NCBI GenBank assembly: GCA_951406725.2
Contig: OX597830.1
Location: forward strand, 57,412,001 to 57,476,000
Length of the DNA: 64,000 bases
DNA from: Octopus vulgaris
Taxonomy: Eukaryota
Reading direction: 5' to 3'
Made by a program: the position numbers and the translations under genes. The notes beneath the pieces were generated by a model, which saw nothing but the letters and a program-made list of their open reading frames with translations, was not told the origin of the DNA and did not search any database. How positions within the stretch are numbered: position 1 is the first letter of the stretch; each line of letters begins with the position of its first letter. Positions 62,467-64,000 of this stretch are shown piece after piece.

Positions 62467-63531
62467 TCGTGTAAAGTTGAATAAAATTACCTTTTATTTC
62501 TTTATTTTATTTATTGAAATGTGAAGAGAGAAATGAAATGAAACAACAACACAAAAGGAAGAAAAGAGACAAAGAGAAAGAAAAGAAGGCAAACTGAATG
62601 AGTAAGGGTGGTGGCGGGCAGGAGGGTGGCGGTGGAGAGAACGGGAGGGATTGTGGGGGCGGAGATGAAGGTGGCGGCGGCGGCGGCGGTGGCGGTGGAG
62701 GATCTGAAATTGGGCCTTTGTTGTGATAATGGGGAATCAATAGAATGAATGTTACAAGACAGACAAGCGACTACAAATCTAAACTCAACAGAAGCTGAAA
62801 GCGGAGACACGTGACATGGTGTCTGATGTGGTGAAGACCCGGCTTTTCAGTTTATCTCTAAAAGACCCTGCTTTTTATTTCTTGACAAAAATATAAAATA
62901 TAGGACTAGTTTGTTTTATTTTTTATTTTTATCGCCGTGAAGTTCATAACTCTCTCGATATAATTCTACTCGAGCGTCTGGACATGTGCATTAATTATAT
63001 TTCCCCGTGTGGTGGGTGTCCAGAGCCAGAAGCCATTCCCCTTCGTCTAAGTTCAAAATCCTTCAAATGCAGAGACTTCCTTTCTCTTTTCTCCTTGAAA
63101 TTGTTTGCTACAAAGGATACCAGTCATGTACTGAGATTGATCCAATGTTATAAACTCCTTTACAAATGTGTTTTGTACCAACATGAAAAGTTATATTTGT
63201 CGATGTTATTGTCTTGTAGTGCAAGGAAAGGAAAGTGGTGAAGTGATAGAACTTGGAAACGGACATCGAAAACGATTTTTCGGGAAAGACAGAATATACA
63301 GTGAGAAATACTGTGCGAAAGCAATAGATGGGAGGCAATAACCCGTCCTGTGGAGAAAGCCGTTAGAGGTTCTATTGGAACCAAGGTTCATTTGATGCTC
63401 AAGAGTGTTGGACTAACTGCGAAGGAGAGAAATGATGTCGGCGGAAAATTGTTAGAAGTCACTTAAAAACCAAGCCATTACATCTGGTTCCAGAGAAAGG
63501 ACGTCTAGTAGAACAAAAACGAACACTGAAG

Positions 63532-63751
63532 ATGACAGAAACATCTGGCCCAGAGTCACAACATCTGACTCAACAAAACTCGTGTTGCCGTGCAGGAGTT
63601 TTGTCGCCTCCATCGGTTGGTGGCTCCGGGGGAAACTCTGTTGTAGCAGAAACATCTACAGAGTTGCTTCATCGCTTGATGAGACATCGATTCCAAGATT
63701 CAGAGGGGCAGTTACAGCAACGCCATCAGCACTCCAGTGTTTACTCTAAAT
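63532..63751 (+). CDS. Probable first coding exon of an unidentified host gene
   Basis: AAG-ATG is the first ATG after an in-frame stop (63433). It gives 73 non-repetitive codons MTETSGPESQHL...STELLHRLMRHRFQDSEGQLQQRHQHSSVYSK, then T|GTATGT (phase-1 donor). CpG-retaining, repeat-free leader from ~62.8 kb. Confidence 0.55.
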
Positions 63752-64000
63752 GTATGTATTTAAAATATTTTTCAGGAATAGCAAAATTCTCCATTTCTGG
63801 ATCTTGAAATTCTTTTGGTTTGAATTTCCCTGAGTTCAGTTTTCATCTCCCATTTTGATAAAATAACTACCAACAGTATATTAATTCACTGGGAGGGAGC
63901 AACTTCACATTATCACCTTCTGTTTTTAGTAGTCCTTGGTATTTCTTTAATTATTCCTTGTTAATGACTATATTTTCACAGGGGCGAGTTGCTGCACTCG

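Overview
AT-rich eukaryotic (animal) genomic DNA made up almost entirely of repeats. The SINE/LINE families, (TA)n/(CA)n/(CAT)n tracts and TTAGGG remnants look like an octopus (cephalopod) genome; this is recalled, not searched. There are no prokaryotic genes, rRNA or CRISPR. The only long intact ORF is a 5'-truncated RTE-type LINE reverse transcriptase (40215-41977, with an 11-bp TSD, inserted in a SINE). A probable first coding exon of a host gene lies at 63532-63751. The rest is decayed pogo/Tigger, mariner, Tc1, maT (DD37D), hAT and piggyBac-like elements, tRNA-derived SINEs, many RTE 3'-ends and two minisatellites. The most notable signal is about a dozen minimal type-I hammerhead ribozyme motifs (CUGANGA...GAAA-palindrome-UH) from six to seven sequence families that show no obvious similarity to each other. 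Most sit in fold-back inverted repeats with an asymmetric 3' tail, the hallmark of Penelope-like element (PLE) pLTRs, and one locus keeps the PLE endonuclease C-terminus. One family joins a tRNA-derived Pol III head to a hammerhead, giving a ~250-nt SINE-like ribozyme element that appears to be mobilised by PLE machinery. Coordinates were counted by hand and repeat boundaries are approximate.
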